A stretch of DNA of 64,000 nt from the human T2T-CHM13v2.0 reference genome, Homo sapiens. The stretch is from NCBI RefSeq assembly GCF_009914755.1, contig NC_060927.1. One strand, written 5' to 3'. The translations under genes and the position numbers were made by a program. Shown in pieces: positions 61,374-64,000 of the stretch. The notes under the pieces were generated by a model, which saw only the letters and a program-made list of their open reading frames with translations, did not search any database and had not been told where the DNA came from. The stretch's first letter is position 1, and each line of letters opens with the position of its first letter.

Positions 61374-62632
61374 CCAAATTTGATTTTAAAAACTCACATC
61401 TAACCCGTTAACAAATCCCAACTAGAATGAAGACAAGATTGTCATCTAGACACAGTACAGCCAAACTCTTGAAAGTGAAAGGCAGAAAAACTTAAGAATA
61501 ACAAGAAAAAAGTGACTTATTACAAACATGGGAACACCAATGTGATTGATGGCTGGCGTCTCATCTGAAACAATGACAGCCAGAAGGCAGGGGGATGGCA
61601 TAGTCAGAGTGCTAAAAGGAAAGAAAAAATACTCCACTGTATATCTAAGAATTTATATCCAGAAAAACTACCCTTCAAAAATAAAGGCAATAAAGACGTT
61701 TCAAAATAAACAAAGGTTGAGAGAATTTGTTGTTTGCAGAACCGACTGTCAATAAATACTAAAGGAATCCTTTAGGTTGAAAGGGCAGGACACTAGACAT
61801 AACTTGAATCCACAGAAGAAATATAAAGCACCAGAAGTGATATATACACTAACATAAGAAACTTTACAAATATATATTTCTTTTATATATATTTTATATA
61901 TTCTCTTAATCTCTTTGAAAGAAAGATAAAACAGTAATTTGAACACACACAAGGAGAATGAAATGAAGCTATTATGCTGGAGCAAAGTTTGTATATTTTA
62001 TTAGAATTAGGTTGTACTCATCTGAAATAGATTGCAATAAGTTAAGATTCATGTTGTAATCTCTAGAGCAGCCACTAGGAAGATAATAAAAAAATTAAAA
62101 TAGTTAACAGAGGAATTAAAATGATACATGAAAAACCATTCATTTAGTTCAACAGAAGGCTGTCAAGGAAAAACAGGAATTAAAAAGAAAATAAACACGC
62201 ACAAAACAAATACAATGGCAAATGTAAAACTGGCCATATCAGTAGTTCACTTTAACTAGGAATGATCTAAATTCCCCAATAAAGGCAGAGACTGTCAAGC
62301 TAGATTTTTTTTTAAAGCAAGACAATGTCTTAAATATAAAACAAAGCACACAATTGCCAAAAGAAATTCATAAATGGGGTTTAATCAAAATTAAAAACAT
62401 TTGTGTTTCAGAGGACACCATTAGGAAAATGAAAAGACAAGCCACAGACTGAGATAAAATGTTCACAAATCATATATCCGATGAAGGTCTTGTTTACAAA
62501 ATATATGAAGAACTCTTATCATTCAATAATAAGACAATCCAATTAAAAAATAGACAACAATTTGAATGCACAATCAACAAAGAAAATAGATAAATGGCTG
62601 ATAAACATATATAAAAAGATGTTCAACATCTT

Positions 62633-62975
<343 letters not shown>

Positions 62976-64000
62976 TTAATCATTACCAAAATTCAAATTA
63001 AAACACATCCTTAGAATGGCTATAATCAAAAAGACAGACAATCCTAAATGTTAGCAATATGTGGAGAAATAAAGTATCATACATTGCTGATGGGAATGTA
63101 GAATGGTGAAGCCTCTTGGGAACACAGTTTGGAAGTTTCTTAAATGTTGAAAATAATTTACTATATCACCCAGCAAATCTACTCATAGGAATATACTCAA
63201 AAGAAATGAAAAGTTACGTCCACACAAAATCATGTACACATAACAGCATTATTCATAACAGCCCCAAACAGGAAAAATCCAAATGTCCATCCTGGTAGAT
63301 AGATAAGCGAAATGTGGTCTATTCATGCAATGGAATACTATTAAGAAATTAAAAGGAACCTATACATGCTACAACATGAATAATCCTCAAACACATTTTG
63401 CTAAGTGAAAGAAGCCAGATGCAAAAGACCAGATGTTGTACAATTCCATTCGTATGAAGTGTTCAGAAAAGACACATTTAGTAGAGAACAATGGTTGCCT
63501 AGGGCTGGCAAAGAAAATGGGGATTGAGTGCACATAGAAATGGGGGAACTTGTGGGAGTAATGAATTGGTTTTATAATACGTAAATTATATCTCAATAAG
63601 GCTTTTGTAAAAATATTAAATCATAAAATATTGAATTATTTTAAGAGTTTCATTAAAAAATTCAGGTAAATGCTTCCAATGTTTGGGTTTCTGAACATCT
63701 TTACTCTATGGTCAGATATGAGAGAAGCTTTTCGAAATGAGTATCTGTAATACTTTTCTTAATTTTACTTTGGACCTATAGTTCATACATACGCAGAACT
63801 ATACCATGAATCCATTTTCCCAATCATTCAGCTTTGTGAGATGTTATTGGTGCAAAAATCTCCTGATGAATAAGTACCTTCCTTTAGGGACATGCCCTGT
63901 TAAATGCCAACTAGCTCATATTTTTTATAGTGCTATTTAGGGGAAATACTTTCAAAATACATTAATATATAGCCTTCCTTCATAGTATGTTGTTAGACTA

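Overview
This is primate (almost certainly human) intergenic DNA. I see no intact protein-coding gene, tRNA, rRNA or CRISPR array. The only gene-derived sequences are retrocopies: a disabled, intronless GPATCH11 (CCDC75) processed pseudogene on the minus strand (about 1.85-2.9 kb) and a full-length U6 snRNA copy (61266-61373). From memory, not a lookup, this pseudogene plus the compound tetranucleotide repeat at 28.8 kb suggest human chr3p13. The rest is about 27 Alus, L1 fragments, MaLR/ERVL LTRs, hAT DNA transposon fossils, MIR/L2, microsatellites and a few repeat-poor blocks that may be regulatory. The most interesting structure is at 56.7-63.6 kb: an ancient L1 that appears to keep both ends and its target-site duplication (TSD) but has lost most of ORF2. 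Inside its ORF1 sits an old U6-L1 chimeric retrogene with its own TSD and a canonical endonuclease site. Other notable items are a 176-bp tandem duplication across an LTR boundary, a candidate L1 3' transduction in a nested insertion stack, a microsatellite born inside an Alu TSD, and two template-switch palindromes. These are instances of known mechanisms. I found no evidence of a wholly new biological system. Repeat subfamily names were assigned by eye from recalled consensus sequences and need RepeatMasker/Dfam confirmation.
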